Position numbers and translations under genes: made by a program
Notes under the pieces: model-generated
Database searches by the model: none
What the model was told of the DNA's origin: nothing
What the model saw: only the letters and a program-made list of their open reading frames with translations
Origin: Phoronis australis
Taxonomy: Eukaryota > Animalia > Phoronida
Length of the DNA stretch: 64,000 nt
Reading direction: 5' to 3'
Assembly: GCA_002633005.1 (NCBI GenBank)
Contig: NMRA01000216.1
Location: 344,441-408,440 of the forward strand
Shown here: in pieces, positions 41,201 to 54,400 of the stretch
Layout of the letters: every line of letters begins with the position of its first letter
How positions within the stretch are numbered: position 1 is the first letter of the stretch

Positions 41201-44200
41201 TATATGATATCTTATCCTACATATTACGTTCAAAACGTGTGAGTATTTTGCTAATAACGTATCTGTTCCAGTCAATGTACACATGCCTAAAGACAGAATC
41301 ACACAGTCACATCAGGGTTATGGCTTCATTGAGTTCTTGGGCGAAGAGGACGCGGATTACGCTATTAAAATTATGAACATGATCAAACTCTATGGCAAGC
41401 CTGTCCGAGTAAACAAGGTATGTTGAAGCTTTGGTGTGTATGTGTCTTTGGTGATGAAATTAAAAAGCACTGAACCACACTTTAATCTAAATGGACATTA
41501 GCGAAATGGTCGCCACAGAAAGTGATTGGATGAATTAAGGGTGATGAGTTATACATAATCACCTGCAGTCCTTCCTAGTCCATTGTCTTGTCTCTGGTAT
41601 GTCATTTGTGCTGGAACTGATTTTGAATTGAAATGAAAGACTGTTTAAAAAGATAGATGATGACCCAATTTCATACCAAGCTTGTGTCTGTAATATTAAC
41701 TTTCTTTGAAGTGTTGATGTAGTAACAACATTTCTAAAGACTATGGATGTATTTACTAAGTATTGGGTGCACTGCTAGGTACCCGTGCTCATTATAAGAA
41801 TGCTGTAACACCAGTAGATTGTGCTCAAATGATCGACCGGAACGCTGTGTCATTGTAAATAGTCAAGGGGTTGGTTTAAATAAACAAGCATGTTTTAGAA
41901 ATGCTTTAATTTTTTTCTAAATACCAAAACACAGCTGAAGCAAGGAGTTATTGTTTGCTCATCAGGAGTTAGGTATAGACGATTGGAATGCTGATTTTGA
42001 ATTTTGAATATTTACCCTTAAAGTGTTCGTGAACTGTTGTTAAGTGTTATAGTTCTGGTGTTTATGCGAAGGGCTTAAGTAATTTGGTCCTCCATAGTTG
42101 TGTTGTTTTCTTCTGCCAGGCATCAGCACACCAGAAGAACTTGGACGTCGGGGCCAACATCTTCATCGGCAACCTTGACCCGGAGGTGGACGAGAAGTTG
42201 CTCTATGACACGTTCAGTGCTTTTGGTGTTATTCTACAGACACCTAAGGTAAGTGTTGTGTCTCACATTTACTGTGTTGGCTTTATGTTGCTTAATGGTG
42301 TATGTTATGAATAGTACCTCACTTGATGGTACTGTGATTTCCTCAAATACTTTTAGTATTCAGTGTTCACTGTAGACTCATTTAGTCGGATAGGATTTTC
42401 TCTTCTTCTTTATACAGGACTGTAAGGTAACTCAGAGGGCCATGTCTTCATTAGTCTTTTCAGGTGCAGCGTTGAAATTTTTATCATTCCGTTTTGTTGC
42501 CATTCAGATTATGCGTGACCCAGATACTGGTAATTCGAAGGGGTTTGCCTTCATCAACTTTGCCAGTTTTGATGCCTCCGACGCCGCCATCGAGGCCATG
42601 AACGGCCAGTATCTGTGCAACAGGCCAATCTCAATCTCATACGCATTCAAGAAAGACTCCAAGGGAGAGCGGCATGGTTCAGCAGCAGGTAGGTCCTAAA
42701 CTGCACTTGACTTCAGGTATGGCAGCGAGAGGTTGTCACAATGCCAGGATAAATGACTGGGCCCAAGACCACAAGTTTTGCTCGAATTTGGCTAATCCCA
42801 TCGCAGGGAATTTGAAACTTACTGAAAGTCTTCCACACGATTAGCCAATTTTCCAGTTGAGGTTCAAGTAAACTTTGATGAGCCTGTCAAGGGAGTTCAT
42901 GGTTCCCACTCTTCATGAACAACTTGTAAAATATGAAGTGCAGGAATAATTTTTGTGTATGAAAAGGGTAAAAACTCATAAAGAACTGGCATTTTGTGAG
43001 TGATGTCGTGTGTGCATTGAGTTCAGAAATTTCTCACGAAAAATGAAAATTATTTACTGGAAAACTCAAGAAATGAAATTGCGATGTGAGAGGGAATCTT
43101 GCTGTACCTTGTGTTGGAGTACACCCTTATTTTTGATACAGGATAAAATCTGTTGAAAAGTACTCCTGTGTCAGCCATTATACTTTCTTCTTGAGCCACC
43201 AGGTGGCTGAAGAGGTCACCTTCAATCTCTCATTTATAGTTTCTGTGGTAAATGTTAAATTATTAATTTGCAACCCATGGTGTTCTGAAGGAAATGATTC
43301 TTTGTGTTCTGTGTAACCAGTCATGCTGTGTATATGTCTGGTTGTAACCAATGACTTCTCTTGTACATGAAGAATGTATTTAGTTCAGAAAGAACCGCGT
43401 CCAAAACGCACTGTTTTATATAGAATTTTTGCTTTCTTCAATGTAATGTACATATTGTATATAATTTTGCTTTCATTTGTATCCATGAATTTATTCAAGC
43501 CACATTTGCTGTATTGCAGAGCGTTTGTTAGCTGCCCAGAACCCTCTATCTCAGGCAGACAGGCCCCATCAGTTATTCGCTGATGCTCCTCCCCCTCCTC
43601 CACAGCCATCAGCTTCAATAGCTCCGCCCCCTCCTCCTCCATCAAGTCAGGCTCCACCTCCCACGTCAGTTCCTCCACCAATTGGTAAGTGTGGTCAGTG
43701 GTTTGTAGTTTGTTATGTTTCGTTAATCGATTTAAGTCATCTTAATATACATTTGGTATTAAATTTAGTCGAACATTAATTGACATATTGCTCTAAGTAG
43801 CATTCCATTCTGATGACTTCTGATGCTATCTGAAGCATGTTCAGTAACCTATATATATTTGTTCAATTCATTTGCACTCCCTGTGAAGTTGAGAATTTAT
43901 GAAGAAAAAAATTGACTTCTGTCATGTTCAAGTAATTTCTTTCATTGTGACTTTCACACGACTGTATTCATTCAAAAAGTTGTGAAGTCTTTACTCTGCA
44001 TGTCATCTGTTGGTTTTATTATAATTTTCAGTGGGACCTCCTCCCGTGTCTACTCCAACCAACATCCCTCCCCCTCCCATTCCCCCTCCCATGAGACCCA
44101 TGCCTCCACCCCCTGGTATGCCTCCCCCGCCCATGCCTCACGGAGGTATGCCTCCATTCATGCCACCCCCATTTCCACCACCCAGACCACCGCCTCCCTC

Positions 44201-45737
44201 ACAAGAAGGCCCGCCTCCTCCCATGGAGGGTGGAGACCAGCCGCAGCAACAGCAGCAACAACAGCAGCCACCCCATCATCACGGCCCGCCCCCGGGAATG
44301 CCGCCTCCTCCGCGACCACCATTCATGGGAGGTAAGAACAAAGTCGGCGGATATCTTGCGGTAAAATATCACCATTTAGGATGAAACATGGTGAACAAGT
44401 GACATTTTATTTTGCCTCTTTTTATAAGATATTTAGCACAAAATTAACGCCTTTTCCATGTATAAATTCTGTTCCATAGCTACAACCAGACAATATTTTT
44501 TTTAAAAGTTTGGACATTCGTAACAATGTTGGACACCCTTGGCAAAAGGGCCAATTTTGGCAATTATATTTGTCTTAAATTGAAGATTTCACCATTATAG
44601 TGTTTTGATATTTAGCGGTCCATTCCAGTGCGACTATGAAATCAATGTTGACCAATTTCTGTCTTGGTATAGTATAATTTGACTGTCTGCTGAGAACCAT
44701 TCTTCACTTTGTGTGAATCTGAACTTACTGGAGTGCTCTCTGTCTGGTTGCAAGTTGTTCCCTCTTGGGTTCAGCTCTAAGGCATCCCGCTGCAGCCCAC
44801 TGGCTACATAGACTTGGTTCAGTTGATATCAACATCAGTGCTCATTGTACTATCTTAAACTTTGTATGAAAACTGTGAAAAAGTCACGGGAGAAGTATTC
44901 AAAAATGGTTGGAAAAGATGATCAGCACAGACAGAAATGGCAGATCATGAATTGAAAAAAATTGTCATTTTGAAATGATAACATGGTGGACAGTGCAGCA
45001 GAACTAAATGTCATGATTAATGTACCAAATGTTTTTATTATATAGTGGTCAAGTGTATTGTGACAGAATTGTTATTGTTTTGCGAAATCCCTGAAGTTCT
45101 TAATTTAATTTAATATGTTTCAGGACCTCCTGGCCCACCCCCTCCTGGCTGGCGGGGACCGCCCCCTCCAGGATGGAGAGGACCACCCCCAAGGGGTCCG
45201 CCTCCTCCACACTTTGGTAAGGTTTTCATGCAGGCGCTGTATTTTTTTCTACCTTTCACTTGGAATGGTGTTTTTTAACCAAGCCATTTATTTGAGTTTA
45301 TTTATCTGAGAAATGACAGTTGTAGCACTGCACTTTGGTGGTGGAATGTTGTTGCCCAAAATTGCTCATATGTGGTCTCATCTCCTGTTTCATGGGTAAC
45401 TTACTTTAAGCTAGGCACTAGTTCAGTTGTGTCTTCCTTTGTTTTTAGTTACAGAATTAACTCGCAAATCTCTTTGGTACTCTCAGTGGGTCCGTTGCCT
45501 GTTAGGTTACTGGAGCCGTCTTAAGTATGACTTTCTCTCATAATTGTGCTGCCTAAATGTGGCAGCAATGTCTTAAGTCTTGATAATAATACAAGTCGTT
45601 ATTTTATGATGCCAGTAACCCAGTCCTCTCTTCTGTCAACAGGTCGTCCTCCATTCCGAGGCCCTCCCCCACGGGGCATGAGGCCGCCGCCCCCACATCA
45701 CAGAGGACCCCGCCCACCACCACCTCCCAGACATTGA
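38297..45737 (+). CDS. SF3B4: Splicing factor 3B subunit 4 (SAP49), 408 aa
   Basis: Exons 38297-38330, 40522-40605, 41272-41417, 42120-42248, 42508-42688, 43520-43684, 44032-44331, 45124-45216, 45643-45737 total 1227 nt. [33 protein letters not shown] (RNP1), [58 protein letters not shown], then a Pro-rich tail. Confidence 0.97.
38594..39770. mobile_element. About 1.18-kb TIR element in SF3B4 intron 1 (possibly MULE-like)
   Basis: TGGGTAATGATTGGGATAGATGGGTCCCTGATTTGATAAC vs GTTTCAAATCAAGAAACCGCCTATCCGACTATTACCCA. Flanks TTCATCACC and ATCATCATG may be a decayed 9-bp TSD. Internal parts match 37396-37848 and 2325-2447. Confidence 0.62.
40723..40754. repeat. (CA)n microsatellite
   Basis: Direct read, one interruption. 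Confidence 0.9.
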
Positions 45738-46552
45738 TGATGGACGCACAACTGTCATGTGTAATACATGAACACAGAACAATGTATGTTACATGTGTGA
45801 AGGATGTGTATCACAGAATGCATGGAAACTGATCGGTGTTGTGATTGGTGAACAGACATCAGATCTAATGTCCGAAAGGCGAGGGTAGTGTATATATCAA
45901 GCCATCTGTGGAGATGTCCAGAAGAGCGAAGAATCGAAGGATTTTGATGACCATAGTTAATGGCGATTTAAAGACTGGTAGGCCAAATTCTGCCTGCTTG
46001 CCATGTGCTGGCAAAAATTCTTTGTAACTCTGTTGTCGGTTTCTTGTCGTGTTTGCATTGCCCACAATAACCTTTGACCTCAATGTAGATGCTTGAGTAG
46101 AGCTTCGCAACTCGATATATACTAGGTGGTGCAGTTAATGAAGAATTGATTTGATAATCTTCATAATCTGAATAAATTTAGAAGAGGGAGCTGTTCATCA
46201 ACACGAAGGTGTTAGAGAGATAAGGATTCCATGTGACTACACAAATGCATGCATTTTTACTGGTAGGACCGTTAGTCATTTGCACCACCTTGTTAATTCC
46301 GAGTTCGTTATTAATCTTTGCTCTCAAAAATGTTTCAACTTTGTGTGTGGGCTGGTGTAATTGGGCTGAAGTCCATGTACTGTAGGGCGGGCGAGCAAAA
46401 GGTCAAGGTCGAAACCAATACACAATCATTTGGTCTACAGATATACGCCATTGCTTTAGTGGTCATTCACTAACTGTTGCTCTCGCTACAGTTTGATATC
46501 TTGAATTAGTCAAGCACCTAATTGAAATAGACAGCAAAGGACAACAATGTTT

Positions 46553-46568
46553 AATAAATAATTTTATT
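46553..46568. terminator. Back-to-back poly(A) signals between convergent SF3B4 and Rap1GAP
   Basis: AATAAA at 46553-46558 (+) and TTTATT at 46563-46568 (AATAAA on -). Another + strand AATAAA lies at 46171. Confidence 0.45.
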
Positions 46569-48469
46569 CATTTCTTCACCAGTGTTGTGACAACAATTGA
46601 CAAACATGTATTCGATATTTAATCCCATGCAAGCCACAATGTACACATAAATAACAACAACAACCACCATAAATAAATATAAACATTTCTGATCCTAACA
46701 TTTCTTTGGTATCTTCACCATGATTTACATTACCATGGTTCACAAAGCTTATCCAACAAAAACAATGCGACTCTCATTTTAGATTTTGTCCAGTTATAGG
46801 TTTAGTGTTGAATAGTGCTGGACTTGACTGAAGCGACTAAACCACATAATACAAGTGCATCTATAATGCAGCATCTTGCTTGCGTTTCACAAGTATATAT
46901 GCAATCAACCATACAAGCCCAGCATGAGCAAAATGGCTGCCACTGAGAGGTGAGTGAATGCCCTGAGCACTCACAATGCTCAATAATCCTATGCATAAGA
47001 CACTAGAGAGTGACTTGTTTTCGAACACTCCAATATATACATTACAAGGACTCATGAGTGCTTGGGATGAGACATGTAAGGCAGGAATGAGCTGGCACAC
47101 CACTGGCAGTAATTACCATAATGGTGTGTTGTAACACAAAACTGTCTGTAGCTTGTAGTGAAATATAAAACCCAGTGTAACTATGGTGGGCACTGCTTCT
47201 CTGCGTTTGTTGGAATTATCCATCGAACATTCCGACATCGTCAACTAATCATTTCAGCGGCAGCCATTTTGCTAGTGCACCCTAGGTAGTGACCTCGTCT
47301 AACTCGGAAAAATCGCCTTAAGGAATGCACCCCCGACAGTGTGTACGCAGCTGGAGGAACGTTCTCGAACCTATGCACCAAACAACAAAACTAACTTTTG
47401 GCACATGTAAAAAAATCCTATGCTGAGCTGCCTTTGTACATTATGTACAGTCATTGCGTAATTATACATTATAAGAAGCCTCCATGACCTAAACAACAAG
47501 CACCTTTGGCACACATACTTGAGAAAGACCAACACCAATCACATGGTTCAGTCCTTAGCTTAGCTTACGCATTTACAGGCTACAAATCAAGACCATAACC
47601 TTTGACCCCGAATAAACGACCTATAGGTCAATAACCAAATACTGGAAAAGGCTAACAGGTAGTTCAAGCAAAATCCAAAAAAAATTTTGGGTCATATGCA
47701 TTAATAGCCATTGACAACAATAGTGTAATGAATACGTATACGTTTGCATTACAATCGATTCTGTTTAAAACATTTTACAACGGCACTGAAAAAGCGATCC
47801 AAAACAAACATTTCATGTGATACCATCCACAGAACTTGAGCAATCACTTCCAACCACTAAAAATAAATATTCTTCAAGCATGCCTACAATTGCCAACTGT
47901 TTTATCTCTATCACCATCTTGTTTCGATACAAAACATTCTCTCCTGCAACACAGAAATAGATTGCGATTGGTTCGTAACCAATGCTCAATACTTCAAGAA
48001 AATACCGTTGTATGCACATTAGAAACTGTCACATACACAGCTGAGGATAACACTAAGTCACAGTTCAATCAAGTTCAAATCAAACCCAGGTCCACCACAG
48101 TGTTATTGAACTGTGTTGTTTTAATACAAGATTGCACATGTTCTTATGCAATACAGCACATTGGATTACTGGCTTAGTTGCAGAAGCTGGTTAGACGAAA
48201 AATAATCAGCCTGAATAAAAAAGAGCTAAAAGGCTATTAATAACCATAAACAAACGGAAAATTTTTTTGAAAAATTGCGAAATGGAAAATCCAAGAACGT
48301 GACTGTTCAATGTCAGATTTTGCCTTTTGCCTGGAAATTAAAATCGAAACTCTTTTTAAGAAATCAATTAAGCACCAAATCTTAAAATCACCAGTCAATG
48401 GAGGCTGAACGTTGGGGCAAGAGTGACGCCTTACTACAGTACAAGCTGTGTCAAAGCACGTCCAATTGA

Positions 48470-51400
48470 TTACACTTGTTCACCGCAGCTCAAAACGGCT
48501 AACTGCCGCTTCAGTTTAGAGATCTCCTCCTGAGCATTCAAAAGTTCTCGCAATCGCTGCTGTTCCATTTCTTTTAATTTTTTTATCTCTTTCTGGTTCG
48601 ACTGCAACAAAAAGTCATGAATACCAGTATGTAATGAGTGTTGAGCTATACAAGTCAGTTTGGCTGAAAATAGTTACACATTACTCAGATACAGTAAACA
48701 TTCTCCAGTTAGGGACAGTGAAATATTAATTATTTTGCTCAAGGCCGGAGCTTGAACAAATTTTTGTAAGAAACAGATAATATTGGCTGTCCCAGATTTA
48801 ACAATTATGATAAAAAACCTAGGATCATTCATCTCAATGTTATGCACTATGGGAACCCATGAAAACGAGACTATTTTTGAACATTTTTGATGAACTGTCC
48901 AGTCTACTTTCATACCCTGTTAATACAAAACACATGGTCAAACCTCAGAAATATGAAGAATGACAAATCTGCCGTAACGTCCCAGTCTTCAGAATCCGAG
49001 AAAACTCAATTTCGAGTATTGGTTTAAATGCAAGCAATGGCAAAATGATTTTTTCGAATGACTTGAAGGTAAAAAATTTAGCAATAGGTTTAGTGTTAAA
49101 GATCGATTTCTGAATTCCTGTGTTGCTAAGATATTTAATATTTCACCAATTATTGTTTGATGCCAAAGGCATTTGCTGGCACCAATGCAACATAATCTTT
49201 TAAAGCAGCTAAACTCACATTTCATCAACAAAACTAACTTTTGATTTAGACCACGTAGCACGCAAAATTGGTCTCAAACTTATTCTTTGCTTAAGAAGTG
49301 ACCTTTGGTTTTGCAAACATTGACAGTAAGTTATTGCTAAAGACCACGCTCGACAAATAAAATGAACCACCACTGACAAGCGAACTTGTAGAACCTGGTC
49401 TCCAGTAAAAAACAAATGTTTCAAGCCCAGAAATCACATCTCTTTGACAAAGAAACAATTTGAAACCTATTTCATAGTTATAAGTGGACCAAATCAAAAG
49501 AGGCAGTGTGGCCTAGTGTAACAAGTGTTTGCTTCCTTAAGTCAAGGTCAAGGGTTCGAGTCTCACTGGGGCACACCGCTAAACCTTTGATTCAGGTCTC
49601 TTGCCCCTAAGCTCAGTTTTAACTAAAGCATAAAAATGGTGATCAGTGCAATGGGCTCACATGAGCGACCACTGTGCACGACTAGTACGTGTATCAGACC
49701 ACATGCGATTAATTTTTAATATCAAAAGTTGTTTTAAGGTGATGGAAGGCTGGTTTATAGACACTTTAAATATTAGGAATTGCGTCCTTGGAGAAGTTTG
49801 GTATAATTAAGTTTCACTTTACGCCCTTATTTGGTTTCAACAAAGGAATTCAAACTATGCACTTACCAAATTTTCCTTAACAAGACTGCGTTTTTCAGTT
49901 CGCAAAATGTAAATCTCAGAACTTTGTAAACCATCAACAGCGCGATCTTCTGTAAAATAGTAAAACATTGTATTGGTCAGATTTTCCATTTATCAAGTCA
50001 CATTTCTTAAAGGGGTATTTCCATTGGTACAGCTAGAATTTAAAACACGGGTGGCCAAACACATTTTTGGCGACAACGAACAAGAGGGGCAAAAAGTGAA
50101 AGGAGACTCAACCTCAGGAGACATCTTTTTTCAAACCCCAGAAGGACATGGCCCCAATTGTACTCCCCCTGGCTATGTCAGCGGGCATTTCCGTTCCTAC
50201 TTTTGTACTAAATATACAAATCAACTTTAACAAACTTTTTTCAAAAGGTTTTCACTCAAAATGATCTTATTAATAAACAATTCTTAAAAGGCATCACTTT
50301 TTATTCACCACCGAAAATGAACCATGTTATTCAAAGACACAAAACAATGACATTTCAAACCTAGCAACACCACGATGATCGATGATTTCCATTTCTAAAC
50401 TATCGTCCAGGGCATTCAATAAAACGGTTGACAACTCATTAGTTTTGGAAGGACTTGACAATCTGTCCAAAACTGGGCCATGCAAATCAATGTCATTTAA
50501 AACTAAAGCAATCTTTCTGAAACAGTTACCACTATAAAACCATTCGCTTAGTGACTTTCATTTTCAAACTACAGTTTTATTTTCTGAAAACAATGGTCCA
50601 AGATACATAATCACATTGTGAGAAATTTTCTATTATGAAATATGTCTATTCTCAGTTTCTTCGAAATTACGAGAAATGAACAAATGGTACACTTGCTTTT
50701 TAGTGAGAAATGACAAGTTGGTGTCCTTAATGTTCAAAATCACCAAAAAATTGTGCATAACAGGGCAAAACAATTCGGCAATTTCTCAATGTTTTGGATG
50801 GTCAAGTAGTCCTACACCCATTCCATACCCACCTTCTTCATCTGAGGGTCGGTGATGGCAGCCCTCGGTGAAACTGCGAGATTGTAAAATCCGTTTCTCT
50901 AGGCTGTGGCTGGGTGTCTCAGAGGATGACATGCTCTCCTGAAGAACGCAAAATAGTGTTACAGCTGATTAGAGAAACACCCTCATAGCAATATACAACC
51001 ACATTCTTTCAATGGTTTTCAAACTGAAGGCTCTATATTAAACTGGCATTTTGAGAATGTGTAGGACCCTAGAAAAATGTCCAACTCTGACTAGCTTTGG
51101 AACATCATATCTCAGGAACGGCAGGTTGGATTCATGTGAAACTTGTAGATACTATGTTTTATGTACTGTTCTACAAAACGGTGTTAGGAATTTCTTGTAT
51201 GATGCTCCGCCTTTGCATGAGAGGACATCAAAATGGACGACTTTAAAGACTTTTATGAAAAAGAAATTCAAAATTTGCATCAACCGAAAAATGAAATGAT
51301 CACTTAGAAAACTAAGTTTTTTGAGATTTTATCTTGAACATTTATACTATTAAATGAAATTTGGTCACATTATTGATGCCATTCGTTGGCTATGAATATA

Positions 51401-54400
51401 CCTTTCTTTTTGCTAAATGTTACTAAAAACGAGAACAAAATGATTGTAGTTGGTACAAAATCAAAAATCAAAATTGTACAGATGCAATTTATTTGACTGA
51501 AACTATGAAGCCTCCACTGCCCAACCTGACCGTAAGAACAGTTCTACAAAACAAGCATATGCCATTACGCAGTACGGCAAGCTTGGATATTTCACAACAT
51601 CTGCTTTTTAATTTTATGGATATCGTTCCTTTAATTCTAGTTAGACGTGATTTCTAGATTCACTAAATTAGCTTGGGACCGACACCTGGCTATTTTATGT
51701 GAAGAGCATGATCTGGGTCTAGATCGCAATAACAAGACTGTCAGTTCCTCTTAAGCCAAGAAATCACTTCTCAACTCTGAGTAAGAAACAAGTCGAGTCC
51801 AGTTTTACAGAGGCAAATCGTCTAAATCCCAGACAAAGAAAAGTTTATGGCAGCTTTATGTGGACAGAACAGCATTACCTTCAGAAATGTATTAATTAAA
51901 AATATCTATGTTTTTTTTACTCTGGCTCTCAATGCAACACACACTAAGTAAACATTGATATTGTTTCAGAGATACTGCGATAACACAAGAATTTCGGATT
52001 ACCATGCCAGTATCCGAGTCGTCATGGTGATCCTGTTGAAACGGTGCCTGTACCGTGCACTCTTCGGTACTGGTGAAACTACCACTGGACTGTGAACTGG
52101 ACCTTGACAAGTGTTTAGTTCGACTGAAAAACAACCACAGTCACAAGCATTAGGCAACATGCGCAGCAACCAGGAGCTCTCACAAACCAACCCAATTTGT
52201 AATTACAGGACAAAGTCTTCAATTTTAGATCAAAAGAAGTTCATGAATAAATTTTAAATTAACAGAACTTTATGATATTAGCAGCATTAATACTTTCATC
52301 AACCCATATATGACAAAAATCTGATTGCAGTACAAATTCCTCCTTTTGAAACAAAAATTATTAATAATATCGCTAAATTAGTGACTTTCTACGTTTCAGA
52401 GGCTTACATGATTACGCATAAGCAGCAAAGGAGCGGGCTTTTGAAAAATCGAAAAATGACAACTTTGTACATTAGATTTGTGTAAAATACTTGAAGTGTC
52501 ATACCTGGACTTAGACGGTGTACTGCCAGGACTGGACTGAGGGCTGTTACCAGGGCTACATGTCTTATACGATGACTGAGACTGGCCGGAGACACTTGTA
52601 CTCTCGGATGCTAACCTGAAGAAAGGACAAAATTCATGAACCTCTGGGGCTTCAGCGTAAGAAAAATTACACCGTCCTTCAATATTATTTGTCGACATTC
52701 CTAAAACCAAATCAGAGAACTGTAATCCTCCGAGATGGTTATAGGCATGAAAGTCAAATATTTTATTTCATTTCAGGCAGTGTTGCATGTCAATACGAAT
52801 GAATAATTGCTGCAAAAATATTCCATTTTACATTGAAAAACATTCTTTCGTAACATTGCATATACATTGTTTTAAGTCGGGCACAAAATACATACGGCCA
52901 GTCACTAAACCTAATTTCAGTTAATGCCTTTTCAACTATGCCATTCTGGGCTCAACTATTCAGAATCCACGGGGGTTACTAAAATAATTATCTTCTCAGC
53001 CAGGACCATAAACCCTTTGTTGAGCTGTGTTTAGTTACGCAGTCCAATTGGGAAAGTTGTATGACTAAGAGCTAGAGTTCAAAAAGAATTGCATTCACAA
53101 ACTGCATCTCAATTGAAAAGGCCTAGTGTGTGTAAAGGACACCCAAGATTTATAACCGTCCGCAAAATTCTAAACCACTATGCAAACAATTACCCCCTAC
53201 AAGCCCAAAATGCTTCAGAAAGGAAATGTGCAAATTCAAAAAATACTCAGACAACCATTTCAATAAACCCTTTTCACCGGCAGCAGAAGAAACAATGATA
53301 TTCAGGGAAGTACTTTAGTCAAGTGTGTCACCAGAACTGGTATTTCAATGCCGCTGACGAGTCGGCAGTAATGTTGTTAGTAATAAGGACTGCTGAACAT
53401 CATTTTATCGTTATGTCAACAGTAGCGATGCCAGTCATGACGACTTTGGTGAAGGTGCCAACAATAACGATGATGATGAAGATGTTGATTGCATGAATTC
53501 ACAGACCACGCACTACCAACCTTGTCTCTCTAGAATCTCTAAAGTCGCTTCCACCCGACAGATTACTGCCTCTTTGGTTGCTGTTTTGACGTCTTGTCTG
53601 TAAAATGATAACATTATCTAAATCAATCACGTCCTCAGTTTTGACAAACATTCCAAACATCAACGACTTGTTTTCGTAACATCATATTTTCCCGTTTTTA
53701 TGTTAACGGTATTTGAGACTGTATATGTAAGAATGATTAGTCTGCTTACACCCTATATGTTGGTCACATCACGTGACTTTTAGCTAAGTCTGAAAAGAGC
53801 TCTGCCCCAAACCAGGGTTTGGACCCGAGACCTTCTGTGACAACACCATTACATACACGCACGACCAGATTTGGTAAGATGCGTTCCATTAAGTCTGTAT
53901 AGATTTCTATAATAATCAAGCGATGGTCCCGTGGCTCAGTGTATTAATGTTTCTGCATGGTTAGTAGAAAGTCCCCGGTTCGAACTGTCGCCGGGGCAGA
54001 GAACTTTTCAGACTTAACTATAGGTCACGTGGTGTGACCAACACATGGTGTGTATGCAGACCAATAATTCCTGTTTATACTGTATTTATAACAACACAAT
54101 TATATAGAGCTTTTTGACACTTTGTGTCAATAAAGACCTGAATAAATTTTGAAGCTTAAAAAAATTTGTTCATACTTCAACATTACTGATGTCCTGTCAC
54201 AAAATAGTCACTTGTGGATTTTCCAATAAAAGGGGGCCAACGGTTACTATCTAAAAAGAATAATCACCTATAACTAACTGGGAACCTGACCTACAGAATT
54301 ACAGAATTATTTCAACCAAAACTGAACATACCACATTTGCTTTGTGCTCACTTTCTTCCACAGCCGACAGCAAAGAACCGTTCACTTTCCTACTGGTAGG

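Noticed and set aside
43385-44335. Antisense or alternate-frame ORFs over SF3B4 Pro-rich exons (likewise 54342..54728 over Rap1GAP)
   Set aside because: Shadow frames of real exons with low stop-codon density.
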